Below, in pieces: positions 22,649-32,663 of a stretch of DNA of 50,012 bases. The stretch comes from Escherichia coli (GTDB lineage Bacteria; Pseudomonadota; Gammaproteobacteria; Enterobacterales; Enterobacteriaceae). Under the pieces are notes generated by a model, which did not search any database, had not been told where the DNA came from, and worked only from the letters and a program-made list of their open reading frames with translations. The position numbers and the translations under genes are program-made. How positions within the stretch are numbered: position 1 is the first letter of the stretch; each line of letters starts with the position of its first letter. Location: the NCBI RefSeq assembly GCF_003334315.1, contig NZ_QOWR01000033.1. One strand, written 5' to 3'.

Positions 22649-22738
22649 CGCGCGCTTGATGTCATATTTCACTACTAAGCATAATGCGCCTCCATTCTTG
22701 CAAAGGAACAATGATTTACTTATCTTGTCCATAGGATT

Positions 22739-23836
22739 TTGCCGAGAAAGATCAGGTTAAGGGGATGTATTGTGGCTGAGAACGGACCGATAGAAGAATT
22801 AGCAAAGATAGTATCATCGAAGATTTTTGAGCGCTTTAAATGGAGCATATCAGGGCCGTGTGATCAGGACTTTGGATGTATTGACGAAGAAAATCATAAA
22901 CCACTCGAAAAAAAGCAGGCTCATACACACCCTGTCGATGTGGTTTTTAGCTATAAAGACCCTTATTTAAATAAAACTATTTTATTGAATACTGACCTAA
23001 AAAGTTACTCTAAGGGTTCTATTAATCCTGACATGATAGAAAAAGCGCTGACATCCCTAGGGTATACAATTTCCTGTGCTCAATATAGTCCGGAGTGGAG
23101 AGAGAAATATAATATATGCGTTGGGGATAGTGAGGTTAGAGGGTTATTGTTTGTTTATAATCATGATAACGATTTTGAGCATAACTTTTATGATTTCTTC
23201 GATCCTCCCAAACCTGCAGGAAGAAAAAGAAAGCCGAAGGCAGTTAAATTAGATAATATAAAAGTGTCTGATGGGCAACAAATACATATAATTGAGCCTA
23301 AGTCGATTAGCTATATGTTATCTATAATCGCAGATATGAATGAATTAATCAGAGATAATCAATTCCCGAGAGATGAGTATGGTTTTTATTACCCTCAACT
23401 TACATATCATAAGGTAATTGTCACCGATGATTATTTACCTGCAACGATAGAGTCTTTGACTGCTCCATTTTTAATTATTAAACATGATGCAGTTTACTCG
23501 TATGATCGCGAGCTACAAAGAGAAGTTGAAGTTTATCCTGCAGGGTATGTTGTATATTATAATCGTCCGGGCTCCACAGATATGGAGTTTTATTATCTCT
23601 TTGATCTTTTAACTAACTACCAGATTCTGAATGGAAAAAACAACATAAGAATACGTATCGCGACAAAAGATCGGAATGATTCAATAAGATCGCATTTTAA
23701 ACGGGCACTTCAGAAGTATGCTTTTGATTGGAATTATGATGATAGTGCAAAGGAAAAACTACTTTCTATGGATATTTATTTAGTTCCTACAGTTAAAGAG
23801 TTTTATAGTACTGAATCAACATCTTGGGATTATTGA
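22739..23836 (+). CDS. Hypothetical protein 1 of a three-gene cargo operon (possible start at in-frame GTG 22772 after aagggga)
   Basis: 365 aa ORF, AT-rich; no recognisable motif beyond a weak D...D-x-K pattern. Confidence 0.6.
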   Translation: MPRKIRLRGCIVAENGPIEELAKIVSSKIFERFKWSISGPCDQDFGCIDEENHKPLEKKQAHTHPVDVVFSYKDPYLNKTILLNTDLKSYSKGSINPDMIEKALTSLGYTISCAQYSPEWREKYNICVGDSEVRGLLFVYNHDNDFEHNFYDFFDPPKPAGRKRKPKAVKLDNIKVSDGQQIHIIEPKSISYMLSIIADMNELIRDNQFPRDEYGFYYPQLTYHKVIVTDDYLPATIESLTAPFLIIKHDAVYSYDRELQREVEVYPAGYVVYYNRPGSTDMEFYYLFDLLTNYQILNGKNNIRIRIATKDRNDSIRSHFKRALQKYAFDWNYDDSAKEKLLSMDIYLVPTVKEFYSTESTSWDY

Positions 23837-23837
23837 T

Positions 23838-24962
23838 ATGAGCAATATTTATAGTGTGACGGATAAGGTTTTATGTGATGCTCTTAACCAGTCACAAGTA
23901 ACTCAAAATGAGATGAGAGAGCTTTATCTTTCAAGAGGTATAATTATTTCAAAAAACACCGATAGAAAATTATTAGCTAAAAACTTCTCAAAGTTCACTC
24001 ATGATTACTATGATCATCAGAAAATTGCAGAGATATTAGGAAGTGAGCCTCGGAGGGAGCGTTCTACTTCAAGATTAGTATCTAATATGCCTGAAAAAAC
24101 AATTTTATTAAAAGCGGCGGATTCGCTAAAAAAAGAGCTAACAGACCAAAAAGACCTCTGCCATATAGTTGCTGATAAAAGTGGCATGATAAATATTCAT
24201 ATAACTTATATGTCAACAAATTTTTCAAAAAGTGATTTCAAACAAGTCGTTAAAAAGCAAGCTGTCATAGAGGTAGAGCCAACAGAAGCTGGTTATGTGA
24301 TTCGCCGTCCAGATAATGAGCAAACTGAGGTTTATGAGAATCAGTTACTTGCTATCGTTGAAAGATTATCAAAGGAAAGAGCGATTGAGGAAGGAAAACC
24401 AATTTCGGACGCTACTCTCGATATCCAAGAAATAAGTCTAGAAAACATTGATTCCCCTCAGTCCAGAACTGATTTCTTTACGAAATTAATAAATGGGCTT
24501 GAAGGTTATGAACTCGATGATGTAACAGATGCTTATGTTTATCACCCAAAACCAGAAGAGATTGAAGAGGAAGACGGCGAAACAGATTTAGGAGTACATG
24601 TTAGTAAGGCATCGTTGAAAGGGGAAGGGGTGCTCAAATCTGAAGAAATCAACTCACTTTATGAGCGTGGCTTTTATATATGTAAAATTAAATGGCGAGT
24701 TAAAGAGAAAGGTGCGGATCCAAATATTTTTGAGTTTGAAGCGCAATTTAACGACGCTCAAAATTTTAAGGGGTTTTCATATATAGCTAAAGGTATTAAA
24801 AAATACAAAGGGGGTGGCGAGTATAATAAGTCAACAGTCCAGTTGAAAGATAGTCAGAAGTTATTTTTTAGTCGTATGATTGAAAAGGCAGCCCGTTCCA
24901 TTATAATTGAACTAAATAAACAGGCTCAGGGGAAGAAAGATGGAAAGTCTGATCAGAGTTAA
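23838..24962 (+). CDS. Hypothetical protein 2 of the three-gene cargo operon
   Basis: 374 aa; ATG 2 nt after the upstream stop; acidic, Lys/Glu-rich, no nucleotide-binding motif. Confidence 0.6.
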   Translation: MSNIYSVTDKVLCDALNQSQVTQNEMRELYLSRGIIISKNTDRKLLAKNFSKFTHDYYDHQKIAEILGSEPRRERSTSRLVSNMPEKTILLKAADSLKKELTDQKDLCHIVADKSGMINIHITYMSTNFSKSDFKQVVKKQAVIEVEPTEAGYVIRRPDNEQTEVYENQLLAIVERLSKERAIEEGKPISDATLDIQEISLENIDSPQSRTDFFTKLINGLEGYELDDVTDAYVYHPKPEEIEEEDGETDLGVHVSKASLKGEGVLKSEEINSLYERGFYICKIKWRVKEKGADPNIFEFEAQFNDAQNFKGFSYIAKGIKKYKGGGEYNKSTVQLKDSQKLFFSRMIEKAARSIIIELNKQAQGKKDGKSDQS

Positions 24963-25641
24963 ATGGAATAGATTGAAGTCTAATCTTACATTAAGTGAGA
25001 TTGCTTTTTATATAAAGAGTAACAAATACTCTGAAGAACTTGGCTATGGTTATTCTGACTTTGAAGTTTCATCTGACGTACTATCAGCTACGTATACTGA
25101 AGCTAAGTTGAATAAACAGACTTCAGTTGATCCTTTGGGTAACGAAAATGAACAAGAGTTCATTACTTATGAGTCAATTCAGTTCTCTATATCTAAACTC
25201 ATAGGTAGGTTATATTTATTATCAGTTTACAATCCACCAAAATCAATAAAGGCTTTGACAGAGCGACTTAGTGCGGATTCAGGTTATAAAATAGGGTTTG
25301 GCATCGTTGATATTAAACTGTCTGAGTATTTGGATTCGCTGCATAAAAAATATGATTTGGAACTTGTTAGTATCAAGAAGGTTAAGGTTAGTAATTTGAT
25401 AGTTAATGATAACTCTAAGGCAACCGTAGAGGTTACATCTAAGAAAAATGCATTTGATGATGTGAAGGATATTATTGGGGATAAAGCATATTCTCTTGAT
25501 AAGGTCAGGGCGGCAGGATATGTTCTAGGACATCGTTGTGAATTTGAGATATCGAAGAATGGTTCTGTCTGTGCTAACGAGGGTATGGTTAAATATTTAA
25601 CTGAGACAATAGTTTCTCATATTCTTGAAAGGGAAATTTAA
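24940..25641 (+). CDS. Hypothetical protein 3 of the three-gene cargo operon
   Basis: 233 aa; overlaps the upstream gene by 23 nt; followed by a terminator hairpin. Confidence 0.55.
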   Translation: MESLIRVKWNRLKSNLTLSEIAFYIKSNKYSEELGYGYSDFEVSSDVLSATYTEAKLNKQTSVDPLGNENEQEFITYESIQFSISKLIGRLYLLSVYNPPKSIKALTERLSADSGYKIGFGIVDIKLSEYLDSLHKKYDLELVSIKKVKVSNLIVNDNSKATVEVTSKKNAFDDVKDIIGDKAYSLDKVRAAGYVLGHRCEFEISKNGSVCANEGMVKYLTETIVSHILEREI

Positions 25642-25646
25642 TAGTT

Positions 25647-25675
25647 GGCGGTATTCATACCGCCGCCTCTATTTT
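25647..25675. terminator. Hairpin between the convergent cargo operon and Q (ggcggtat..ataccgcc plus T-rich run)
   Basis: Inverted repeat read directly. Confidence 0.5.
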
Positions 25676-25684
25676 CTCTGAAAC

Positions 25685-26719
25685 TCAAAGAGTTAGTTCA
25701 TATTTTTCAAAACGCATAATTTTCTCCCCTAACCATTCATTGAGCCCCTCGAGTTGTTTTTGTAGAGGCATCAGTTCGTTACGGACAAAGACGCAACTGG
25801 CCTTCTCCACATCCCCAAACCCGCCAACATTACTTGGCATAATCCCCATCATCTGTGGTGGCACGCGGTGCGCAGCCATCATGTCATCACGGCTCACGTT
25901 CTTGATATTCAGAAACTCATCCTTCGCTGCGACTTCTGACAACGGGATAATCTGAAGTCCGTCCTTTTTGCCGTTAGGCGAGTACATAAACAGATTGCGG
26001 AAGTTGCCAGGGCCTTTGGCGCTTTTCATCGCGTTGCGGAGGTTGTTCACATCCTCCTGGTTCTGCGCGGCATCGGTCATATACATGATGAAGCCTGCAT
26101 GGCTGCCGTTGATGTAATACTTACGGCGGAACAGCGTGGCGGACTCGTTGAGCAGGGCTGACGGAATGGCAGAAAGATAACCGGGCAGGCCGTAGATCTC
26201 CTGATTAATATCCGGTTCCATCAGATGAAAAATGCTGCCTTTCGTGAACTGATACGGCTGGGTTGTCATACCGTATTGCACAAACCAGTAGGTATCCAGG
26301 TCTAATCCGCGTCGGGTGTATTTTGCCAGCGCAGGTTCAAGGGCGATCACTTCACCGAAGCGGTTCGTGCGTTTCTCCAGATAGGCATTGCCAAATACCA
26401 GATAGTCCTGCACAAAACGCGAAAAAGCCTGCTGGCTGAGCAGAGGATGAGGGATATAGGTACTGGTCAGAATGTTACACTTTACTGCAATCGGGGAACT
26501 GTGATGCACGGCAGCGCGGAAGGTGCGCGCCAGTCCGTCAAAGCTGACGGGAGGCTCATACCAGCGGTCCATCTGTACGCATTCCACATAGTCCAGCAGT
26601 TCACGGCGGTCCAGAACAGGAACGGGATCGCCGAAGCTGAATGCTTCGGCTGTAGTTTGACTTTTAAGCTGGATCTGTTTCGTCGCCGCAGCTCGGTTCT
26701 TCTTACTCTTTCCCATCAA
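25685..26719 (-). CDS. Q: Portal protein (P2 gpQ)
   Basis: 344 aa; convergent with cos and adjacent to terminase, as in P2. Confidence 0.9.
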   Translation of the reverse strand: MMGKSKKNRAAATKQIQLKSQTTAEAFSFGDPVPVLDRRELLDYVECVQMDRWYEPPVSFDGLARTFRAAVHHSSPIAVKCNILTSTYIPHPLLSQQAFSRFVQDYLVFGNAYLEKRTNRFGEVIALEPALAKYTRRGLDLDTYWFVQYGMTTQPYQFTKGSIFHLMEPDINQEIYGLPGYLSAIPSALLNESATLFRRKYYINGSHAGFIMYMTDAAQNQEDVNNLRNAMKSAKGPGNFRNLFMYSPNGKKDGLQIIPLSEVAAKDEFLNIKNVSRDDMMAAHRVPPQMMGIMPSNVGGFGDVEKASCVFVRNELMPLQKQLEGLNEWLGEKIMRFEKYELTL

Positions 26720-28482
26720 AAAATCTCCACAATATTGCTGGTATTGGCGGATTCGCCCTGCAGCGGTTCGTTAAACAGTGCGTGCATCGTTGCCCATGCC
26801 AGATCGGCGTGGCTGGCTTCTTCGCTGCGGCTGGCTTCATAGGTCGGGCGGTTGCCACTGGCGGTGGTGGCGCGACGGATTGCCATAAAGGACTGCGCTA
26901 TGTCGGTGTGTCCGGCGTCAAACTCCAGACGGCGGTGGCTGATAATGTCGTAGGCCTTGAGTACCAGAGCGTTTTTAACGTTGGGGTTGTAGACAAACTC
27001 CCGGACGGCAGGAAAGAACGCTTTCACGTTCTCATAAACCCCGTGACCGACGCCTGTCGAGTCGATGCCGATATAGGTCACGTTGTACTGCTCGGTCAGT
27101 TTTTTGATTGCATCAGCCTGGGCGCGGAAGTCCATCCCGCGCCACTGGTGACGCTCAAGAATGCGAAACTTACCGCCTGGCACGGCTGGCGGTGCCACCA
27201 CCACGCATCCGGCGCTGTCGCCGTTCTGCGTACCTTTTGCCGGGTCATAACCGATCCACACCTCGCGCCAGCCAAACGGGCGCAGGGCCAGTGCATGAAA
27301 ATCGGTCCAGACTTCCCAACTGTCCACCATGCACGCCTGCAGTTCGCTGAGCGGGAACACGGACGCGAGATCGTCCACGAACTCGCACATCAGCAGGTTC
27401 TGATATTCGTCCGGGCTGTACTCCATGCGTAGCTGGTCGAGGTCGAACAGGTTACAGCCGCCGCGCACCGCATCTTCCACGGTGACTATCTGGCGGTATT
27501 GCCCGTCTGCGCACAGCAGGCCGGGGGCCAGATTGTTGTGGGACAGGTCGATGTCCACCTTATCGGCTTTGTTGCGCCCACGGTTAAACAGCGCACCGGA
27601 CCAGAACGGATAAGCACTGTGTGTCAGGCTGGATGGTGTGGAAAAATAGGTTTGTCGCCATTTCTTGTGAATAGCCATACCGGAAGCCACTTTGCGCAGC
27701 TCCTGGAATTTCGGTATCCAGAAGTATTCATCCAGATACAGGTTGCCGTGGTAACTCTGGGCCGTGCGGGCATTGGTGCCGAGGAAGTAAAGCGTGGCCC
27801 CGTTGGGAAGCACCATCGGATCGCCTTTCAGCTCCGCCTCCACTTCTTTGGCGAAGTCGATGATGTACTGTTTAAAGACGTGGGCCTGTGCCTTACTGGC
27901 AGAAAGGAAAATCTGGTTACGTCCGGTAAGCAGGGCGTCAATCAGGGCTTCACGGGCAAAATAGAAGGTCGCGCCGATCTGGCGTGACTTCAGCAGGTTG
28001 CGGATGCGGTTGGTTTTTCCGGCTTCCCACCAGTGGCGCTGGTAGTTGAACATGGAGGAATGGAAAATTTCTTCCAGCTTCTCAATCTGTTCATCGGTGA
28101 AAACATTCTTTTCCGGCTGACGGCGCGGGCCTTTGTTGCGGTTGGCGACGTTTGGGTTTAAGTCGGCTTCGTTGCCGCCATTGTTAAACTTGCCGATCCG
28201 CGCGTGGCGTTCCGACTGGCGCGCCAGCAGGTCAATCTCTTTGAAATCTTTCCCTTCTTTGTGCTCCTTCATAATGAGCTGGCAGTAGCGTGCGGCGGTG
28301 GTGAGCTGCATCTGATCCAGCGGCCCATAGTCACCCCACTTGTCGCGTTTTTTCCAGCTGTGAACGGTTGCAACTTTCTCGCCCAGCATTTCAGCAATGC
28401 GGGCTACGCGATATCCCTGAAAGTACAGCAGCATGGCCTGCCGACGGGGATCGAGATCTGCGGGTGTCAGTGTGGTGTTCAT
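26716..28482 (-). CDS. P: Terminase large subunit (P2 gpP)
   Basis: 588 aa; overlaps Q stop; P2 order. Confidence 0.9.
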   Translation of the reverse strand: MNTTLTPADLDPRRQAMLLYFQGYRVARIAEMLGEKVATVHSWKKRDKWGDYGPLDQMQLTTAARYCQLIMKEHKEGKDFKEIDLLARQSERHARIGKFNNGGNEADLNPNVANRNKGPRRQPEKNVFTDEQIEKLEEIFHSSMFNYQRHWWEAGKTNRIRNLLKSRQIGATFYFAREALIDALLTGRNQIFLSASKAQAHVFKQYIIDFAKEVEAELKGDPMVLPNGATLYFLGTNARTAQSYHGNLYLDEYFWIPKFQELRKVASGMAIHKKWRQTYFSTPSSLTHSAYPFWSGALFNRGRNKADKVDIDLSHNNLAPGLLCADGQYRQIVTVEDAVRGGCNLFDLDQLRMEYSPDEYQNLLMCEFVDDLASVFPLSELQACMVDSWEVWTDFHALALRPFGWREVWIGYDPAKGTQNGDSAGCVVVAPPAVPGGKFRILERHQWRGMDFRAQADAIKKLTEQYNVTYIGIDSTGVGHGVYENVKAFFPAVREFVYNPNVKNALVLKAYDIISHRRLEFDAGHTDIAQSFMAIRRATTASGNRPTYEASRSEEASHADLAWATMHALFNEPLQGESANTSNIVEIF

Positions 28483-28624
28483 GGCACAAAACTACAGCCT
28501 TGAATGAAGGCTTTCCCCGCCTGCGGTTTGTGTGGTTGTCGGTACAAATACCCCGCATTGTTTCACTGCCCCTATCACCGCAACCATAAGGCTCCAGTAA
28601 GTTTTTTCTAACGGAGCACGGCTC

Positions 28625-29458
28625 ATGACAGTGAAAGCAAAGCGTTTTCGCATCGGGGTGGAAGGTGCCACCACCGACGGACGCGAAATCCAGCGTGAAT
28701 GGCTGGAACAGATGGCAGCCAGCTACAACCCGGCGGTGTACACCGCGCTGATTAACCTTGAGCACATCAAGTCTTATCTGCCGGACAGCACCTTTAACCG
28801 CTACGGCAAGGTGACGGCGCTGTTTGCTGAAGAAATCACGGAAGGCCCGCTGGCGGGCAAGATGGCACTGTATGCCGACGTTGAGCCAACGGAGTCCCTG
28901 GTGGAACTGGTGAAAAAAGGCCAGAAATTATTCACCTCTATGGAAGTCAGCCCGAAGTTTGCAGATACGGGCAAAGCCTACCTGGTCGGCCTGGCTGCTA
29001 CAGATGATCCCGCCAGTCTGGGTACGGAAATGCTGACATTCAGCGCCAGTGCAGCCCATAACCCGCTGGCAAACCGCAAGCAGAATCCCGCCAATCTTTT
29101 TACCGCTGCAGAGGAAACGGTGATCGAACTGGAAGAAATCCAGGATGACAAACCGTCCCTGTTTGCCCGTGTCACGGCGCTGTTCACCAAAAAAGAGCAG
29201 TCCGATGATGCCCGGTTCTCTGATGTGCATAAGGCCGTGGAGCTGGTCGCCACTGAGCAGCAAAACCTGAGTGCGCGCACCGAAAAATCCCTGTCTGAAC
29301 AGGAAGAACGCCTGTCTGAGCTGGAGACAGCCATGCAGGCACAGTTGACCGCCTTTAACGAACTGGTGGACAAGCTGAGCCATGAAGACAGCCGCCAGGA
29401 CTACCGCCAGCGTGCAACAGGCGGTAACGCCCCCGCTGACACTCTGACCAATTGCTGA
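28625..29458 (+). CDS. O: Capsid scaffolding protein (P2 gpO)
   Basis: 277 aa; divergent from P; coiled-coil-rich C-terminal half. Confidence 0.85.
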   Translation: MTVKAKRFRIGVEGATTDGREIQREWLEQMAASYNPAVYTALINLEHIKSYLPDSTFNRYGKVTALFAEEITEGPLAGKMALYADVEPTESLVELVKKGQKLFTSMEVSPKFADTGKAYLVGLAATDDPASLGTEMLTFSASAAHNPLANRKQNPANLFTAAEETVIELEEIQDDKPSLFARVTALFTKKEQSDDARFSDVHKAVELVATEQQNLSARTEKSLSEQEERLSELETAMQAQLTAFNELVDKLSHEDSRQDYRQRATGGNAPADTLTNC

Positions 29459-29474
29459 TGGAGCACAAAACCTG

Positions 29475-30533
29475 ATGAAGAAGAATACCCGCTTTGCTTT
29501 TAACGCTTACCTGCAGCAGCTGGCGCGTCTGAACGGTGTGGCAGTTGAAGAACTGTCCAGCAAGTTCACCGTAGAGCCGTCCGTGCAGCAGACGCTGGAA
29601 GACCAGATCCAGCAGTCCGCCGCATTCCTGACGCTGATTAACGTCACGCCAGTGACTGAGCAGTCCGGTCAGCTGCTTGGATTGGGTGTTGGCAGCACCA
29701 TTGCCGGAACCACTGATACCACCGCGAAAGAGCGTGAGCCTGTCGATCCGACGCTGATGGTCGATGTGGAATATAAATGCGAGCAGACCAACTTTGACAC
29801 GGTGCTGACCTACGCGAAGCTGGATCTGTGGGCGAAGTTTCAGGATTTCCAGGTGCGCATCCGTGACGCCATCGTGAAACGTCAGGCACTGGACCGCATC
29901 ATGATCGGCTTTAACGGCGTGAAGCGTGCGAAAACCTCCAACCGTAGCGAAAACCCGCTGCTGCAGGATGTGAACAAAGGCTGGCTGCAGAAAATCCGTG
30001 AGGATGCACCGGATCACGTCATGGGCAGCACCACCACGGGCGGTGAAACCACTCCGGGGGCGGTGAAAGTCGGGAAAGGTGGCGAATATGCCAACCTGGA
30101 CGCCGTGGTGATGGATGCCGTTAATGAGCTTATCGACGTGGTCTACCAGGACGATGACGATCTGGTGGTGATTTGTGGTCGTGAACTGCTGTCTGACAAG
30201 TATTTCCCGCTGGTCAACAAAGAGCAGGAAAACAGTGAAAAACTGGCTGCCGATATGATCATCAGCCAGAAACGCATGGGTGGCCTGCAGGCAGTGCGTG
30301 CGCCATTCTTCCCGCCGAATGCGCTGCTGATCACCCGTCTGGATAACCTGTCCATCTACTGGCAGGAAGACACCCGCCGCCGTTCAGTTATCGACAACCC
30401 GAAACGTGACCGGATTGAAAACTTTGAATCCGTTAACGAAGCCTATGTGGTTGAGGACTACCGCTGCGCCGCACTGGTGGAAAACATCCAGATTGGCGAC
30501 TTCAGCGCCGCCGCAGCAGAAACCGGAGCGTAA
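29475..30533 (+). CDS. N: Major capsid protein (P2 gpN)
   Basis: 352 aa; follows scaffold. Confidence 0.9.
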   Translation: MKKNTRFAFNAYLQQLARLNGVAVEELSSKFTVEPSVQQTLEDQIQQSAAFLTLINVTPVTEQSGQLLGLGVGSTIAGTTDTTAKEREPVDPTLMVDVEYKCEQTNFDTVLTYAKLDLWAKFQDFQVRIRDAIVKRQALDRIMIGFNGVKRAKTSNRSENPLLQDVNKGWLQKIREDAPDHVMGSTTTGGETTPGAVKVGKGGEYANLDAVVMDAVNELIDVVYQDDDDLVVICGRELLSDKYFPLVNKEQENSEKLAADMIISQKRMGGLQAVRAPFFPPNALLITRLDNLSIYWQEDTRRRSVIDNPKRDRIENFESVNEAYVVEDYRCAALVENIQIGDFSAAAAETGA

Positions 30534-30536
30534 TCC

Positions 30537-31187
30537 ATGAGCCTGAGTCCCGCACGGCAGCATCGCCTGCGCGTTCAGGCTGAACAGGCCGCCCGTGAGG
30601 GTGGCAGTGTTCGCCACGCGTCGGGCTATGACCTGATGCTGCTGCAACTGGCAGAAGACCGCCGCCGTCTCAAGGGCGTTCAGTCCACGGTGAAAAAAGC
30701 GGAAATCAAGGTGGAGCTGCTGCCTAAATATGCCGCCTGGGCGGAGGGCGTCCTGGCTGCCGGAGGCGCTCAACAGGATGACGTGCTGATGTACGTGATG
30801 CTGTGGCGCATTGATGCCGGAGATTATGCCGGGGCGCTGGAGATCGGGCGTCATGCCCTGCGTCATGGCTGGGTGATGCCGCTGGGTAACCGCAACGTGC
30901 AGACCGTGCTGGCAGAGGAAATGGCAGACGCGGCGCAGAGCGCAATGCTTGCCGCCACCGGCTTTGATGCCGATCTGTTGCTGCAGACGCTGGAGCTGAC
31001 AGACGGTCTGGATATGCCGGACCAGTCACGGGCGCGTCTGCATAAAGCGATTGGCGCTGTCCTGAGTGAAAGTAACCCGGCTTCCGCCCTTAATCATCTC
31101 AACCATGCATTACAGCTCGATCCCCGCTGTGGCGTGAAAAAAGACAAACAGCAGCTGGAGCGCAGACTGCGCAATGACAGCCGCTGA
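30537..31187 (+). CDS. M: Terminase small subunit (P2 gpM)
   Basis: 216 aa; position. Confidence 0.85.
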   Translation: MSLSPARQHRLRVQAEQAAREGGSVRHASGYDLMLLQLAEDRRRLKGVQSTVKKAEIKVELLPKYAAWAEGVLAAGGAQQDDVLMYVMLWRIDAGDYAGALEIGRHALRHGWVMPLGNRNVQTVLAEEMADAAQSAMLAATGFDADLLLQTLELTDGLDMPDQSRARLHKAIGAVLSESNPASALNHLNHALQLDPRCGVKKDKQQLERRLRNDSR

Positions 31188-31282
31188 CAGAACGTGCCCC
31201 CGCGCACGGGCGGCACGGGGTGGCGAAAGGCACTACCACATCAAAACCCCGTCCACCGCCCTTTATTTCAGGAGAAAGCAGC

Positions 31283-31747
31283 ATGAAGTTTGTTGCGCCA
31301 GAACAGGCACCGGAACAGGCGGAAATCATCAGGAATACGCCGTTCTGGCCTGATGTGGACTTGTCGGAGTTTCGCAGTGTCATGCGTACTGACGGCACGG
31401 TGACGCAGCCGCGTTTAAAGCAGGTTGCGCTGTCGGCAATTTCGGAGGTCAACGCAGAGCTGTATGAGTTTCGCAGACGTCAGCAGATGCTGGGGTATGC
31501 GTCGCTGGCTGAGGTCCCGGCGGAACAGCTGGACGGCAAAAGTGAGCGCATTCAGCATTATTTCAACGCGGTTTACTGCTGGGCACGCGCCATGCTCAAC
31601 GAACGTTACCAGGACTATGACGCCACGGCGTCCGGTGTGAAGCGGGGCGAGGAACTGGCGGAAGCAAGCGGTGATTTGTGGCGTGACGCCCGCTGGGCCA
31701 TCAGCCGGGTGCAGGATGCGCCGCACTGCACAGTGGAGCTTATCTGA
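31283..31747 (+). CDS. L: Head completion protein (P2 gpL)
   Basis: Start at MKFVAPEQ... preceded by aggaga. Confidence 0.85.
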   Translation: MKFVAPEQAPEQAEIIRNTPFWPDVDLSEFRSVMRTDGTVTQPRLKQVALSAISEVNAELYEFRRRQQMLGYASLAEVPAEQLDGKSERIQHYFNAVYCWARAMLNERYQDYDATASGVKRGEELAEASGDLWRDARWAISRVQDAPHCTVELI

Positions 31748-31950
31748 TGAAAGTGCGTGCGCATCAGTATGACACGGTGGACGCGCTTTGCTGGCGTCAT
31801 TACGGGCGCACGCAGGGTGTCACGGAGCAGGTACTGAAGGCAAATCCGGGGCTTGCCGAATACGGCCCCTTTTTACCTCACGGGCTGCAGGTGGAGCTAC
31901 CGGACATTCCGACCACCACCACCGTGCAGACCGTCCAGCTATGGGACTGA
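31747..31950 (+). CDS. X: Tail protein X (P2 gpX)
   Basis: 67 aa; position. Confidence 0.7.
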   Translation: MKVRAHQYDTVDALCWRHYGRTQGVTEQVLKANPGLAEYGPFLPHGLQVELPDIPTTTTVQTVQLWD

Positions 31951-31953
31951 ATT

Positions 31954-32169
31954 ATGACGCTTGAGCGAATCAGCGCCTTTATCACGTATTGCATCGCCGT
32001 CGTGCTGGCCTGGCTGGGCGATTTGTCCATCAAGGATGCCTCAACGCTGGGCGGCCTGATGATTGGTGTGCTGATGCTGGCTATCAACTGGTACTACAAA
32101 CACAAAGCCTACCAACTTCTGCGCGACGGGCAGATCTCGCGGGAGGACTATGAATCCATCAATCGTTAA
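31954..32169 (+). CDS. Putative holin
   Basis: 71 aa with two hydrophobic segments, immediately before the endolysin. Confidence 0.55.
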   Translation: MTLERISAFITYCIAVVLAWLGDLSIKDASTLGGLMIGVLMLAINWYYKHKAYQLLRDGQISREDYESINR

Positions 32170-32662
32170 ACGCTGCCTTGTCGGGGCCGTGCTGGCTATT
32201 GCTGCCACGCTGCCGGGTTTTCAGCAGCTTCACACCTCCGTGGAAGGGCTGAAACTGATTGCCGATTACGAAGGTTGTCGTCTGCAGCCGTATCAGTGCA
32301 GCGCGGGTGTCTGGACCGACGGCATTGGTAATACGTCGGGCGTCATTCCCGGCAAAACCATTACGGAGCGACAGGCAGCAGAAGGGCTGATCTCCAACGT
32401 GCTGCGTGTGGAGCGGGCGCTGGAAAGGTGTGTGAAGCAACAGCCGCCGCAGAAGGTGTATGACGCTGCGGTGTCGTTTGCCTTCAACGTGGGAACGGGC
32501 AATGCCTGCAGTTCCACACTGGTGAAATTACTCAATCAGCGGCGCTGGGCGGATGCGTGCCGACAGTTGCCGCGCTGGGTTTATGTGAAAGGTGTTTTTA
32601 ATCAGGGGCTGGATAACCGCCGTGCGCGGGAGATGGCCTGGTGCTTACAGGGAGCAAACTGA
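32150..32662 (+). CDS. K: Endolysin (lysozyme-type, P2 gpK)
   Basis: 170 aa; GVWTDGIGNT motif typical of phage lysozymes. Confidence 0.85.
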   Translation: MNPSIVKRCLVGAVLAIAATLPGFQQLHTSVEGLKLIADYEGCRLQPYQCSAGVWTDGIGNTSGVIPGKTITERQAAEGLISNVLRVERALERCVKQQPPQKVYDAAVSFAFNVGTGNACSSTLVKLLNQRRWADACRQLPRWVYVKGVFNQGLDNRRAREMAWCLQGAN

Positions 32663-32663
32663 A

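Noticed and set aside
26782-27432. 216-aa ORF on the plus strand inside the terminase large-subunit gene
   Set aside because: Antisense shadow of a well-supported gene.
28391-28765. 124-aa minus-strand ORF spanning the P/O divergent promoter region
   Set aside because: Overlaps the starts of two well-supported genes; no start context and no recognisable features.
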